Below are positions 46,732 to 59,100 of a DNA stretch of 64,000 bases, one piece after another. Position numbers and translations under genes: made by a program. The DNA comes from Squalus acanthias (Eukaryota), in contig CM059432.1 of the NCBI GenBank assembly GCA_030390025.1, positions 33,668,001-33,732,000 of the forward strand, written 5' to 3'. Position 1 is the stretch's first letter; the number at the start of each line of letters is the position of its first letter. The notes beneath the pieces are model-generated. The model did not search any database, had not been told where the DNA came from, and was given only the letters and a program-made list of their open reading frames with translations.

Positions 46732-49712
46732 TCAGTACCCTGTACCTGCCTTCTCCCCATATCCCTTGATACCTTGAGCTTTAAGAAATATATTTAACTC
46801 ATTCTTGAATATATTTAATGACTTGGCCTCAACTACCTTCTGTGGTAGAGAATTCCACAGGTTCACCACTCTCTGGGTGAAGAAATTCTTCCTCATTTCT
46901 GTCCTAAATGGCTTACCCCTTATCCTTAGATTATGACCCCTGTTTCTGGACTCTCTGACCATCGGGAACATTCTTCCTGCATCTAGTTTGTCCAGACCTG
47001 TCAGAATTTTATATGTTTCGATGAGATCCCCTCTCATTCTTCTATACTCCAGCGAGTATAAGCCCAATCGACCCAATCTCTCCTCATATGTCATTCCTGC
47101 CATCCCAGGTATCAGCCTTGTGAATCTTCGCTGAACTCCTTCCATGGCAAGAACATCCTTCCTCAGATAAGGCGACCAAAACTGCACACAGTACTCAAGG
47201 TGTGGTCTCACCAAGGCCCTGTACAACTGCAGCAGGACATCCCTGTTCCTATACTCAAACCCTTTCGCTATGAAGGCCAACATACCATTTGCCTTCTTCA
47301 CCACCTGCTGCCCCTGCATGCTTACCTTCAGCGACTGGTGCACAAGGACACCCAGGTCTCGTTGCACTTCCCCTTCTCCCAATCTATTGCCATTCAGATA
47401 ATAGTCTGCCTTTCTGGTTTTGACACCAAAGTGGATAACCTCGCATTTATCCACATTATATTGCATCTGCCATGCTTCTGCCCACTCACCCAACCTGTCC
47501 AAATCATCCTGGAGTTTCTCAGTATCCTCCTCGGAGCACACACGCCAACCCAGTTTTGTGTCATCTGCAAACTTGGAGATATTACATTTAGTTCCCTTAT
47601 CCAGATCATTAATGTATATTGTGAATAGCTGGGGTCCAAGGACCGAACCCTGCGGTACCCCACTAGTTACTGCCTGCCACTCGGAAAAAGACCCATTAAT
47701 TCCTACTCTCTGCTTTCTGTCCGCCAACCAGTTCTCTATCCAAGTCAATACCTTGCCCCCAATCCCATGTGCCTTAACTTTACACGCTAATCTCTTATGC
47801 GGGACCTTATCGAAAGCCTTTTGAAAGTCCAAATACACCACATCTACTGGTTCTCCCTTATCTATTTTCCCAGTTACATCCTCAAAAAATTCCAGTAGAT
47901 TAGTCAAACACGATTTACCTTTTGTAAATCCATGTTGACTTTGTCCGATCCTGTCACTGTTTTTCAAGTGCTCAGCTATTACATCCTTTCTAATGGACTC
48001 TAGCATTTTCCCCACTACCAATGTCAGGCTTACTGGTCTGTAATTCCCCGCTTTCTCTCTACCACCCTTTTTGAATAGTGGGGTAACATTAGCTACCCTC
48101 CAATCCATGGGTACAGTTCCAGATTCCATCGAATGTTGGAAGATGATTAGCAATGCATCTACTATTTCTAGGGCCACTTCCTTAAGTACCCTAGGATGTA
48201 GATTATCAGGCCCTGGGGATTTATCGGCCTTCAATCCCATCAATTTCCCTAACACCATTTCCCTGCAAATACTGATTTCTTTCAGTTCCTCCCTTTCATC
48301 AGACCCTATGTTCTCCAACATCTCTAGGAGGTTATTTGTGTCCTCCTTTGTGAAGACAGAACCAAAATATGCATTTAATTGGTCTGCCATTTCTTTGTTT
48401 CCCATTATAACTTCCCCCGCTTCTGACTGCAAGGGACCTACACTTGATTTCACTAATCTTTTTCTCTTCACATATCTATAAAAGCTCTTACAGTCAGTTT
48501 TTATGTTCCCTGCAAGCTTACTTTCATATTCTATTTTCCCCTTCTTAATTAATCCCTTTGTCCTCCTTTGTTGAATCCTAAACTGCTCCCAATCCTCAGG
48601 GTTACCACTTTTTCTGGCCAATTTCTATGCCCTCTCCTTGGATCTTATGCTATCCCTAATTTCCCTTGTTAACCATGGTTGAGTCACCCTTTTTGTTTTA
48701 TTCTTATGCCACACTGGGATGAACAAATTCTGTAGTTCATCCATGCAGACTTTGAATGTTTGCCATTGCCTATCCACCGTCAACCCTTTGAGTGACATTC
48801 CCCAATGAATCCTACCCAATTCGCGCCTCATACCATCGTAGTTTCCTTTATTTAAATTCAGGACCCTAGTCTCTGATTCAACTAATTCACTCTCCATCCT
48901 AATGAAGAATTCTATCATATTATGATCACTCTGACCCAAGGGGCCTCGTACAACAAGATTGCTAATTAATCCTTTCTCGTTACATAATACCCAGTCTAAG
49001 ATGGCCTGATCTCTGGTTGGTTCCTCGACATATTGTTCCAGAAAACCATCCCGTAAACATTCTAGGAATTCCTCCTCCACAGTATTTTTACTAATTTGGT
49101 TAGCCCAATCTATATGTAAATTAAAGCCACCCATGATGACTGCTGTGCCCTTACTGCATGCTTCTCTAATTTCCCTTTTAATGCCGTCCCCAACCTCTGT
49201 ATTACTGTTTGGAGGTCTATATACCACTCCCACTAACGTTTTCTGCCCCTTGTTATTTCTCAGTTCTACCCATACAGATTCCGCATCATCAGAGCTAATA
49301 TCCTTCCTTTCAATTGTGTTAATCCCCTCTTTAACCAGCAATGTTACCCCACCTCCCTTTCTTTTTTGCCTATCTTTCCTAAATATTGAATACCCCTGGA
49401 TGTTGAGTTCCCAGCCTTGGCCACCCTGGAGCCATGTTTCTGTAATCCCAATCAAATCGTATTCATTTACCTCTATTTGCGCAGCTAATTCATCCACCTT
49501 GTTCCGAATGCTCCTTGCATTAAGACACAAAGCCTTCAGGCTTGTTTTTTTAATGCTCTCAGACCTATATGAATTATTATTTACTGTGACCATGTTTGAT
49601 TTAAACTGTTGAGTTCTTTGCCTTCTACTTTTGTTTTTCTCCTTCCTGTCTTTTGCTTTTATCCTTGTTTCCCTTTCCTCTGTCTCCCTGCTCAGGTTCC
49701 CAACCCCCTGCC
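46732..49712 (-). pseudogene. CR1 ORF2 (APE endonuclease + reverse transcriptase) with one in-frame stop at 48625-48627
   Basis: LNARSIRNK, GITETW, GQSDHN in ORF 48625-49740; GVPQGSVLGPQLF, FADDTK in ORF 46732-48621; both are in the same frame. Confidence 0.92.
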
Positions 49713-49725
49713 ACTTTAGTTTAAA

Positions 49726-49938
49726 ATTGAGAGGTCGCACAACACCAGGTTATAGTCCAACAGTTTTATTTGAAATCACAAGCTTTCGGAGCTATCGATT
49801 GCCCCTTCCTCAGGTGAAGTAAATTAGATACAGAATCGCCAAAGCATATATAGATAGAGAACAAAGCATGTGTACCTTACAATTGCAGACCACTAAATTA
49901 AATCATCCTGACTATCTGCCGAGGTGTGATAAAGTTAA
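49726..49938 (-). mobile_element. Short Penelope-like insertion with hammerhead-like motif at the CR1 ORF1/ORF2 junction
   Basis: 13-bp TSD ACTTTAGTTTAAA (49713-49725, 49939-49951). Minus strand reads CTGAGGA-AGGGGC..GCTCC-GAAAGCTT. Matches 28236-28320. Confidence 0.85.
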
Positions 49939-49942
49939 ACTT

Positions 49943-50893
49943 TAGTTTAAACCCTCCCCAACAGCACTAGCAAACACTCCCCCCAGGACATCGGTCCCGG
50001 CCCTGCCCAGGTGCAGACCTTCCCATTTGTACTGGTCCCACCTCCCCCAGAACCGGTTCCAATGTCCAAGGAATTTGAATCCCTCCCCTTTGCACCTTTT
50101 CCTCTAGCCACGTATTCATTTGAAATATCCTCCTATTTCTACTCTGACTAGCACGTGGCACTGGTAGCAATCCTGAGATTACTACCTTTGAGGTCCTATT
50201 TTTTAATTTACCTCCTAACTCCCTATATTCTGCTTTTAGGACCTCATCCCGTTTTTTACCTATATCGTTGATGCCTATGTGCACCACGACAACTGGCTGT
50301 TCGCCCTCCCCCTCCAAAATGTTCTGTAGCCGCTCCGAGACGTCCTTGACCCTTGCACCAGGGAGGCAGCACACCATCCTGGAGTCTCGTTTGCGGCCAC
50401 AGAAATGCCTATCTATTCCCCTTACAATTGAGTCCCCTATCACTATAGCTCTTCCACACTTTTTCCTCCCAGCCTGTGCAGCAGAGCCACCCATGGTGCC
50501 AGGAAGTTGGCTGCTGCTGCCTTCCCCTGATAAGTCATCCCCCTCAACAGTATCCAAAGTGGTATATCTGTTTGAGTGGGGGATGGCCACAGGGGACCCT
50601 TGCACTACCTGCCTGCACCTCTTACTCTGCCTGATGGTCACCTATTCCCTTCCTGCCTGGACACCCTTTGCCTGCGGTGTGACCAACTCGCTAAACATGC
50701 TATCCACGACGTTCTCAGCGTCGCGAATGCTCCAATATGCATCCATCCACAGCTCCAGCGCTGCAATGCGGTCTATCAGTAGCTGCAACTGGATACACTT
50801 CCCACACACATGGTTGTCAGGGACACAGGAAGCGTCCCTGATTTCCCACATATAGCAGGAGGAGCATATCACGGGGCGGAGCTCTCCTGCCAT
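49943..50893 (-). pseudogene. CR1 ORF1 (Cys-rich/zipper N-terminus + SGNH/GDSL esterase-like domain) with an in-frame stop at 50642-50644 and a frameshift near 50100
   Basis: CSSC..CGKC, RIAALE; AIVIGDSIVRG, CLPGARVKDV, VVHIGINDI. Confidence 0.88.
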
Positions 50894-50980
50894 GACTTAC
50901 CCTTTAATTAATTAATTAAAATTAAATTAAATGAATCCCACCAATTTCACTTCAATTAAATGATATACTCAAGGGCCCTT

Positions 50981-51305
50981 TCCCGACACTGGCCTCTGTA
51001 AAAAGCCCACGAAAGTGAGTTTAACTACTCACTGTGCTGCTGCTCTCTCCGCTCCCGACACTGGCCTCTGCAAAAAAGCCCGCAAAAGTGAGTTTAACTA
51101 CTCACTGTGCTGCTGCTCTCTCCGCTCCCGACACTGGCCTCTGTAAAAAAAGCCTGTGAATGTGAGTTTAACTACTCACAATGCTGCTGCTCTCTCCACT
51201 CCCGACACTGGCCTCTGTAAAAAAAGCCCGCAAAAGTGAGTTTAACTACTCACAGTGCTGCTGCTCTCTCCGCTCCTGACACTGGCCCCTGTAAAAAAGC
51301 CCGCG
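50981..51305. repeat. ~74-bp tandem monomers (about 4.4 copies) in the CR1 5'UTR
   Basis: TCCCGACACTGGCCTCTGTAAAAA..AAGTGAGTTTAACTACTCACTGTGCTGCTGCTCTCTCCGC repeated. Confidence 0.9.
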
Positions 51306-54168
51306 AAATAAACTTAAAAACTTAACAAAAACACTCACCTGCAACTCACCAATGAGCGCTCTCCCTCTAGTAATGGGCTATGAACTACTCAGCAGAAATA
51401 CACTTAAAACTGAACAAAAAACTTAACAGAAAATACCCACCAGCTACTCACGAATCAGCTCCCCTCTGACTACCTCACTTCTGAATTCTGACGTCACTCC
51501 TGTGCTGAGTTCCTCTCGCTGACTCTGTGCCTCTCACAGGTCCGCCGCTCAGCTCTTCCGGAAGGCTGATTGAGTGGCTGTCTCTGCCCTCGTTCCTGTT
51601 CCTACTCCACCTCATCCTCCTCGTTGTCCTCCTCCTCTCCCTCTTCCTCCTCCTGAGGTGGTCCCACAATCCCTGGTGGCAAGGGCTGGGCCCTCATGAT
51701 GGCCAAGCTGTGGAGCATGCAGCAGACCACGACAAAATGGGAGACCTGCTCGGCCAAGTACTGGAGGGCTCCTCCCAAGTGGCCAAGGCAGCAGAACCGT
51801 TGATTGAGCACCCCCGATGAGCTGCTCGATGATGTTCCTGGTGGCAGCATGGCTCTCATTATACGAGTGTTGAGCAGGAGCGTTGGGGTTGCAGAGGAGA
51901 GTCATGAGCCAGGTGAAAAGGGGATAGCCCTCATCTCCGACCAGCCAGCGGTGAGCTTGACATGATGGCTGGAAGAGTGCTAGCACACCGGTCTGGCGCA
52001 GGATGAAGGCATCATGCCTGCTGCCAAGATAGCGGGCATTGACATTGATGATTCGCTGCCTGTGGTCGCACACCACTGCACACCAACTGCACATTAAGTG
52101 AGTGGTTATGGAAGACATCAGGATTGTTATGCGGTGCCTGAAAGCCATGTGGGTTCAGTTAATGGCGCCCTGCACCATGGGGAATCCCGCTATCCTGGCA
52201 AAGCCACATGCACACTCGTCCTGCTTCTCTCTGGTGGGGAAGGAAATGTAATCCCTTCTCCTACTGTAGAGAGCCTCTGTGACCTCTTAGATGCAGCAAT
52301 GGATGGCAAACTGCGAGATGTTAGCTATGTCTCCTGTTGCAGACTGGAAGTATCCGCTGGTGAAAAAATTGAGGGCGATGGTGACCTTGACTGCCACTGA
52401 GAGAGCTGTGGTTGCCCTGATCTGAGGCTCGAGGTCTGGTTGCAGGAGATGGCAGAGTTCTGTGACCACCTCCTTGGTGAAGCAGAGCCTTCTAATACAC
52501 TGCTCCTCGCTTAATTGGAGGTAGGAGAAGTGCTCTCGAAATACCCTCGGAGGGTAAGGCCTCCTGTTGAGAGCCCTGATGGCCCTCCTCCTCCCCCTGG
52601 CTACATGTTCCAGTTTTTCTTGCTGCCTCCACTCCCTCCGCCGTAGATCCTGGAGGGCGAGGTCGACTGCCAGTACAGCCCCCATTAACGTAACCAAGTG
52701 TAGCAATTTGATTTTTTTAAGAATAAATGTAGCTACTTTTTAATTGCCACAACACTCCTGATACAAAGTAACCTTGAAATTATGGAATGAGACTGTTGGA
52801 CTATGTGAAACTGACAAGAAAGCACTGAAACTCCACTAACCTACAGCTGTGACTCATTACTGACGATCCCTTTAAATAACGTCCCTGGAGCTGGCTTCCT
52901 TTTGCTTCACGCCAGCTCTCCCTGTCACTGTTTCCTCCAGTCACTAAAGTAGGTGGCAACAATCAATTTCACAGATCGGGTGGCTAGTGAGCATTGCACA
53001 CTCACTGACGATCGTGACGATCCACCTGGCGTTGAGGCTCCCGGTGATAATTGTTAGCGGCGGCGCTGCGGGGGGGGTGAGATTTGACGTGTGCCGTTGG
53101 ATTTGCCTCGCCCCGGTGATAATGCTCTAGCACTCCATTAGCGCCATTTGCTGGTGCTAACGGGAGGCACTAAGGTAACGAATTTTTCCCCCAAGCTCTT
53201 TCTTTCTCCCAAAGGCTGGCCAGCTGGGATTTGGAATCAAGTGCTGAGGATCCTTAATAGAAATTCTCATTCTGGCACAGTCTGTCCTATGTCACTGTGC
53301 CACTCTCCCATATATCACCTTACTGCAGTGATGGATATTCTGTTATGTTAGAAGAGGAACAGAGGGAAAATCCCTTGTAATTTGTACACCCACACATCAA
53401 CTGTGTTCGACAGGATGACCTGGGGCCTAACCTCTGGTAAATCTACTCTGAGCAGCCATGGGAGGGCTGAGAGTGTGAGAATGGTTCTGGTCTGACTGTC
53501 CCGTCTGCAATCAAAGAAGACGCCTAACAGAAACTCACCAAAAGGGCTGGGTTATATTTCTCACAGAATGAAGCTGCTCCAGGACAGTAGCACCCTTCCT
53601 GTGAGGTCACCCGGGGTTCAGTGTATTGTGAATCAGGATTGATTCAGGGGCCTTCTCCTCTCCATTGTTCTGATGCAAAAGAAGCCATCCTGTAGCTAGT
53701 TTCTTGCAGAGGCTGGCGTGAGTCACGAATGGATGTGAATACACCCAGATGGGTTGTTATCACCTGGAACTGGTGCGAAGAGAAGGGATGAAAGGCTTGA
53801 CTGATAACCATGTTTTCTCTGATTGACAATGGGCTGATAGCACCATGTCTGGTTGAAGCGAATGAGATTTGAAAGATTGCCACGGCCTGTCTGTCAGAGG
53901 GATGGCTTTGAGAAAAGGCTTATGCTTAAACCAGTGGCCAGATTTTAGCTCAATATCGTAGAATGAGGCAATCCAAGTTAATTCTCTCTGTTAATGCCTT
54001 GTTTAATTTGTATACCTTGAGTGAGGCAATTGCTGAATTTCCAGAACTCCCTAATGAAACAGGTGGCTCAAAATGGGCACACAACTGAATTATAGACAGA
54101 ATATGTTATCGAAACTGAGATTGAAGTTGTTTCTATTGATTTTAGACTAGAGTTTTTCAAGAGATATT

Positions 54169-54909
54169 GGGCCGTATTTTCCGATCGGAGGCTTCCTGTG
54201 TGCGGAGGCCTCCGATCTGGAAAAAATTTACGCACTTACCTGAGGGCTCCCGAGGTGCGTATAGTTCCGATGCTGGGCCTCTCCAACTCCAAGTGCGCAG
54301 GGCCCACGTATCCCAGGGGCGCAGGCGGTTCACAAGCGTCCCTGGGATCATGTGGGCCATGAGGAGCCAATCAAAGAAGGGAATCTCCCTTCATACACTT
54401 GACAGATAGACCTGTCAAATATATGAATGGAGATCAATGAAAAAACATAGTAAAACATTAAATAAAAAATTTTTTAAATCACCTTTTTAAAATTAGTCGA
54501 AATTACAATAAATTAAATATTGTAAACAAAAATTTAATTTTTTGAAAAAGTAATTAAAGTTTTTTACGGGGCTAAAAATAGACTTACCTTTTTTTAAAGT
54601 ATTTTTAAATGATAAATGACTGAAATTTTTATTTTTTTAATTTACTTTTTTCAACTCTTATCCTGGTAAAAGCAGGACTTACGCCTGCTTTTACCAGGCA
54701 TAAGAATTCTAAGGGTTTTCTGCGGGCAGAGGGTCTCCAGAAAGCGGAACTATCCGCCCACAGAGGCCCTTCTCTAGAGCATTCTTGACAGATCGGAAAT
54801 GCCAGTTTTCAGCGCACGCGCTGTGCATGCCTGAAACCAGCATTTCCAATGTCCCTATGGGTGGGTACACAGCACGTACTCACCCGTAGGGATCAGAATA
54901 TCCGGGCCC
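54169..54909. mobile_element. Harbinger-type MITE with AT-rich core, related to 39627-40391
   Basis: Imperfect TIRs GGGCCGTATTTTCCGATC / GATCAGAATATCCGGGCCC with possible TTG TSD. Shares GTACTCACCCGT, CCCACGT(G)ATCCCAGGGG and AGACCTGTCAAAT motifs. Confidence 0.7.
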
Positions 54910-54951
54910 TTGTCATCTAGTAATGCGTCCAACAAGGCAATTTACATGGCC

Positions 54952-55315
54952 AGGGTGCAGTAGTATAGTGGTTATCTTACTGAACTAGTGATCCAGAGAA
55001 CTAAAGTTCAGAATCCCACCATTGCAGTTTGAGAACTTAAATTCAGTTTAAAAAAAATCTGGAAATAAAAGCTGGTACCAGTAAAAGTGACCATGAAACT
55101 GTCAGATTGCTGGTAAAAATCCAACTGGTTCACTGACGTCCTTTAGGGAAGGAAACCTGCCGTCCTTACCCGGTCTGGCCTATATGTGACTCAAGAGTCA
55201 ACCATGTTGGTGCTGCCTTCTGAAGTGGGCAAGCCACCTTTTCAGGCCAAATAGAGATGGGCAATAAATGCCAGCTTTGCCAGAAATGCCTACATCCTGA
55301 GAATACATTTTAAAA
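54952..55315 (+). mobile_element. tRNA-derived SINE (second type)
   Basis: TAGTATAGTGGT A-box-like and GTTCAGAATCCC B-box-like motifs, then body ..CTTTAGGGAAGGAAACCTGCCGTCCTTACCCGGTCTGGCC..GGGCAATAAATGC. A minus-strand remnant is at ~56550-56880. Confidence 0.6.
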
Positions 55316-55589
55316 AGCACAGGAGTTACAACAGGGAAACAATTAATTTGGCCTCAGTGGTCTATGTCAGCGTTTACCCTCCATGTGAGCAACCATCTAA
55401 TCATTTACCCACCCTATTCTCATATTCCTACATCCAATCTAATCTTGAATGTTGACATCGTTTCTGCCTCCACCACTAACCTTGGAAGTGAATTCCACAT
55501 CTCTGTGTAAAGAAGTTTTTCTTGCCCTCTGTTCTAAATCTTACATTTAATCCTGTATCCATGTCCGCTTGTTCTAGACTTTACCATTT

Positions 55590-55805
55590 CATAGAATAGT
55601 ACAGCACAGAAGGAGGCTGCTCGGCCCATCGAGTCTGCACCGGCTCTTTCAAAGAGCAATCCAGTTAGTCCCACTCCCCGGCTCTTTCCCCATATATTTG
55701 CAATTTTTTCTCCTTCAAGTATTTATCCAATTCCCTTTCAAAAGCTACTATTGAATCTGTTTCCACCACCCTATCAGGCAGTACATTCCAGATCCGAACC
55801 ACTTG
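55590..55805 (-). mobile_element. CR1 3' fragment
   Basis: VVRIWNVLPDRVVETDSI..ELDKYLKEKKLQ.YGERAGEWD* matches the end of ORF 42220-43335. Confidence 0.8.
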
Positions 55806-57819
55806 TTTATGAGGAGAACTGTGCGTAATTATGTTGTCGGGTGACATGATAGCGGGCGGTTTGATGGTCGTAGCAATAACAAACCGAACCATGACGCCAA
55901 CTCCTACCCATGATTCTAGATCCCGATTTTAGCCTGCACTTCATGGAAGCAGGTCCCAGGCACATAACACAAACTTTCCCACAGTGGAATCAAAAGGGGA
56001 GAGGCATCCAAAGGAATAGAGGAGTGCTGACAGACAGCTTGGCAATAGCTCACGCTCTTTGCATGTGACACGGGATGACCTAGAAGATGAGAGGTCATCA
56101 TGAGAATGATCAAAGGATTAAAAGAATTTAGACATCAGTCAGGATGGTGATTCTTAAAGTGAACCGTGAGAGTCGTGTGCTTCAAGAAATCAACCAACCG
56201 CAAATCTCCACAACACAGCAACACTGCTCTATTCAAAGTTGCTTGCAAACCATTAAAAGTCTTTGGACTGAATGAAAAAAATGAATGAGTACAGTTCTAC
56301 TGGCTGGGCGCTTCGCCTGCTGGGATGGTACGTTGGAAATTCAGTCATACACTTGATCTTTCGATATTGCACTGTGGGCGAGGTAATGCACATTAATAAA
56401 ATTACTGCCGTCATTTATTTTCTTCAACTAAAATTGGAGATCGTCGAGGAGGGTCATATGGCTGAACCCTTGCGTCAGAGAACTGAGTTATAAGGAAAGA
56501 TTGGAGAAAGTTGGGCTACTGAGAGGGACCACCTACAGGTAAATAAGTTAGTTTTTTCCTTATTTATTATTGAGATGTGGGCATCGCTGGCAACACCAGT
56601 ACAGATTGCCCGTCCTTTGTTGTCCAGAGAAGGTGGTGGTGGGCCTTCTTCTTGAACCACTGCAGTTCATGTGGTATTCTTTATAGTGGCCTGCTAGTCA
56701 ACCACATTGATATGGGATTGGAGTCACATATAAGGAGAATGGAAATGGTGGCAAAGGTAATGCTTGGGCTTAATTGGTACTAATGTCACATCTCACCAGC
56801 CAGGTGGTAAGTGTTGCATTGTTTTGATGCAGAGTTGCAGCATCAGATTACTAGTCCAGTAACAAAACCACTACACTACCATTTAGTCAAAGAGTTGGCA
56901 CAGGCATGACATGCCGAATAATCTACTTCTGTGCTGTATGATTCTATGATTCTAAGACATTGAATTGGATGGGTGGCCATGGACAACTTTGCTTCACCCT
57001 TCTTTAGAGAGAGAAAGGTGAGTGAGTCTCTCGTCTACCACAACAACATCTTGGATCTGGAGCAATCATCCAGGATAAAATCCCAAGACTTGTCCTTGTA
57101 CTCCCATAGCTTCCAGCTTCTTCATGAGGACTGCACAAGACAACAGAACAAAAGCCATCCCTAATCTATGGAAGCAGTGAAGCTGGGGACAAAGTTTCTT
57201 TTTTTTAAATCAGTATTTTATTTCCCAGCATTGATATCGTGTTGAGTTTGTTTTAAAAAATCTGCATGAGGTTGTTCTCAGCTCTCAGAGAGTTAAAGAA
57301 GTGGGATGGAGTCAATGTCAGGATGATGAAATCGCTCTATGTTTCGAACACTCAAAAACAACCTTTTATCTGGGTTTCCTCGACCATTAATGATTGCTAA
57401 AGAGAGCTGTATTCTGATGAACCCATAAACTAGTGCTGCCAAAATAACTATCCTTGGAGCAGAATTATGCTTGGGTCAGGAGTTCTAGTCTGTACACTGA
57501 AAGAAAGAAGAAAAATAAACATTACTGGTGAACTGGGTGTGTAGCAATATTATATAACGGTCATACATCATCAATATCTCCTCTGTCCCTTTTTAACCAC
57601 TTTCTGTATCTCTTCATCTCTGCTATTTCTATCTCTGTCTCCCTATCACTCTATCTGTTGATCCTTCCACTTTCATCTCTTATTTACCTCTTGCTCTGTT
57701 TCTCCATCTGTGTCTCTCTGTTCATTGATCGCTCTATAGTCCTGTCTATCTGTCTTTATCGGTGTGCCTATTTCTATCTTTGTTCCTTCCCCTTCTTCAT
57801 TCTCTCTCCCTACTTCATC

Positions 57820-58100
57820 ATGGCTCAGTTGGTAGCACTTTTGCCTCTGAGTCAGAAGGTCGTGGGTTAAACATATAATCTAGGCTGACACTTAAGTGCA
57901 GTATTGTGGGAGAGCTGTCTTTTCAGATTTTCCATCTTTCAGATGAGATTTTAAATGAGGCCTATAAATGGGTATAAAAAAATCCTCTAGCGCTATTCAA
58001 AGAAGAGCAGCGAGTTTCCCCAGTGTCCTAGCCAATATTCACCCCTCAACCAATACCACCAACAGGTTATCTGGTCATTTATCTAATTTACTGTTTGTGA
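57820..58100 (+). mobile_element. DeuSINE-like SINE, partial
   Basis: TGGCTCAGTTGGTAGCAC head; AAGAAGAGCAG..GTCCTAGCCAATATTCACCCCTCAACCAA body. Confidence 0.7.
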
Positions 58101-58664
58101 ATGTAGGAGATGTGAGCCACCCTCCTGTACTTACCAATGTGACCATTCTTCAATGTGAGGCTAGACAGTAGCCCTCAGGAGGCTACTTGACCATGGAGAC
58201 ACAGTGTCCTTAGCCTACGTCCATACACGTGGTCATGCTAGTAGGGGCCATAGGAGATCAGGAGCAGGAACATTAGCTGAGTTTCTTTTTGCTAGCCCAG
58301 GGGGTGCTGAGGCTAATTGTAACACCCTACCACTGCCTTAGCTAACTCAGAACAAACCGGGTACCCTCTGCTCTTGTTGGCTTGATCCCACGTGGACTGG
58401 TGCATTCACTCACTAAGCCACTAGGGGAGCTCTGCTTCTCTACCGATAATTATCTTCCTGTATCCATCACTCTTTGTCACTCTATTACTATCCCTATCTT
58501 TTAGAAATTACTCTGGACACTAAAAATATAACTAAATCAAAATCAAGGCCCAACTTTAATCATTTGAATTGAGCCACACGTTACCTTAGAATAACTAGTG
58601 TAACATAGTGTAACAGAAAGAACCAGGTTTCCTCCATACCTCCTACAACTAAAAAAGAAAAAAA

Positions 58665-59100
58665 AGAGTTTACATTTATATAGAGCCTTTTACGACCTCA
58701 GGACATCCCAACACACTTTACAGCTAATGAAGTATTTTGCAGTGTAGTCACTGTTGTAATGTAGGAAACACGACAGCCAATTTGCGCTCAGCAAGATCCC
58801 ACAAACACCAATGTGATAACGACCAGATAATCTAGTTTTTTTTAGGTGTTGGTTGAGGGATAAATGTTGGCCAGGACACCGGGGAGAACGTCCCTGCTCT
58901 TCTTCAAAATAGTGCCATGGGATCTTTTACATCAACCTGAGAGGGAAGACGGGGCCTCGGTTTAACAACTTATCCGAATAACAGCACCTCTGATAGTGCA
59001 GCACTCCCTCAGTATTGCACTGGAGAGTCAGCCTAGATTTTATGCACAAGTCTCTGGAGTGGGACTTGAACCCACAACTTTCTGACTCTGAAGCGAGAGT
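58665..59100 (-). mobile_element. DeuSINE-like SINE, near full length
   Basis: Reverse complement of the 28935/57820 family, from the GACTTGAACCC B-box to the ATTTATATAG tail. Confidence 0.78.

Larger units (their letters stand above)
46633..51555 (-). mobile_element. Full-length CR1 LINE (5'UTR with tandem monomers, ORF1, ORF2, (TTCTATGT)n tail)
   Basis: ORF1 and ORF2 as listed below. Tail ATAGAAACATAGAAACATAGAAG at 46633. Flanked by the two halves of a Harbinger transposase. Confidence 0.95.
46593..52685 (-). pseudogene. Harbinger transposase pseudogene (52685-51555, with the last codons AVRDRLIRLWFE* at 46593-46632)
   Basis: YPPRVFREHFSY, ALNFFTSGYFQ, VCDHRQ, HDAFILRQT, WLVGDEGY, CCMLHS. 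Multiple frameshifts. C-terminus displaced by the CR1 insertion. Confidence 0.88.
45460..53192 (-). mobile_element. Decayed autonomous Harbinger of a third family (Myb end truncated), split by a full-length CR1
   Basis: Right TIR AATTTTTCCCCC at 53181-53192 with the CCATTAGCGCC..CTAACGGGAGGC subterminal. Contains a Myb exon-3 remnant and a transposase remnant. A separate TIR AATTTCTACCCC is at 45437-45448. Confidence 0.82.

Noticed and set aside
53539..53887. Unique-looking segment with minus-strand splice-like ends
   Set aside because: Stops in all three frames and no recognisable homology. A non-coding exon cannot be excluded.
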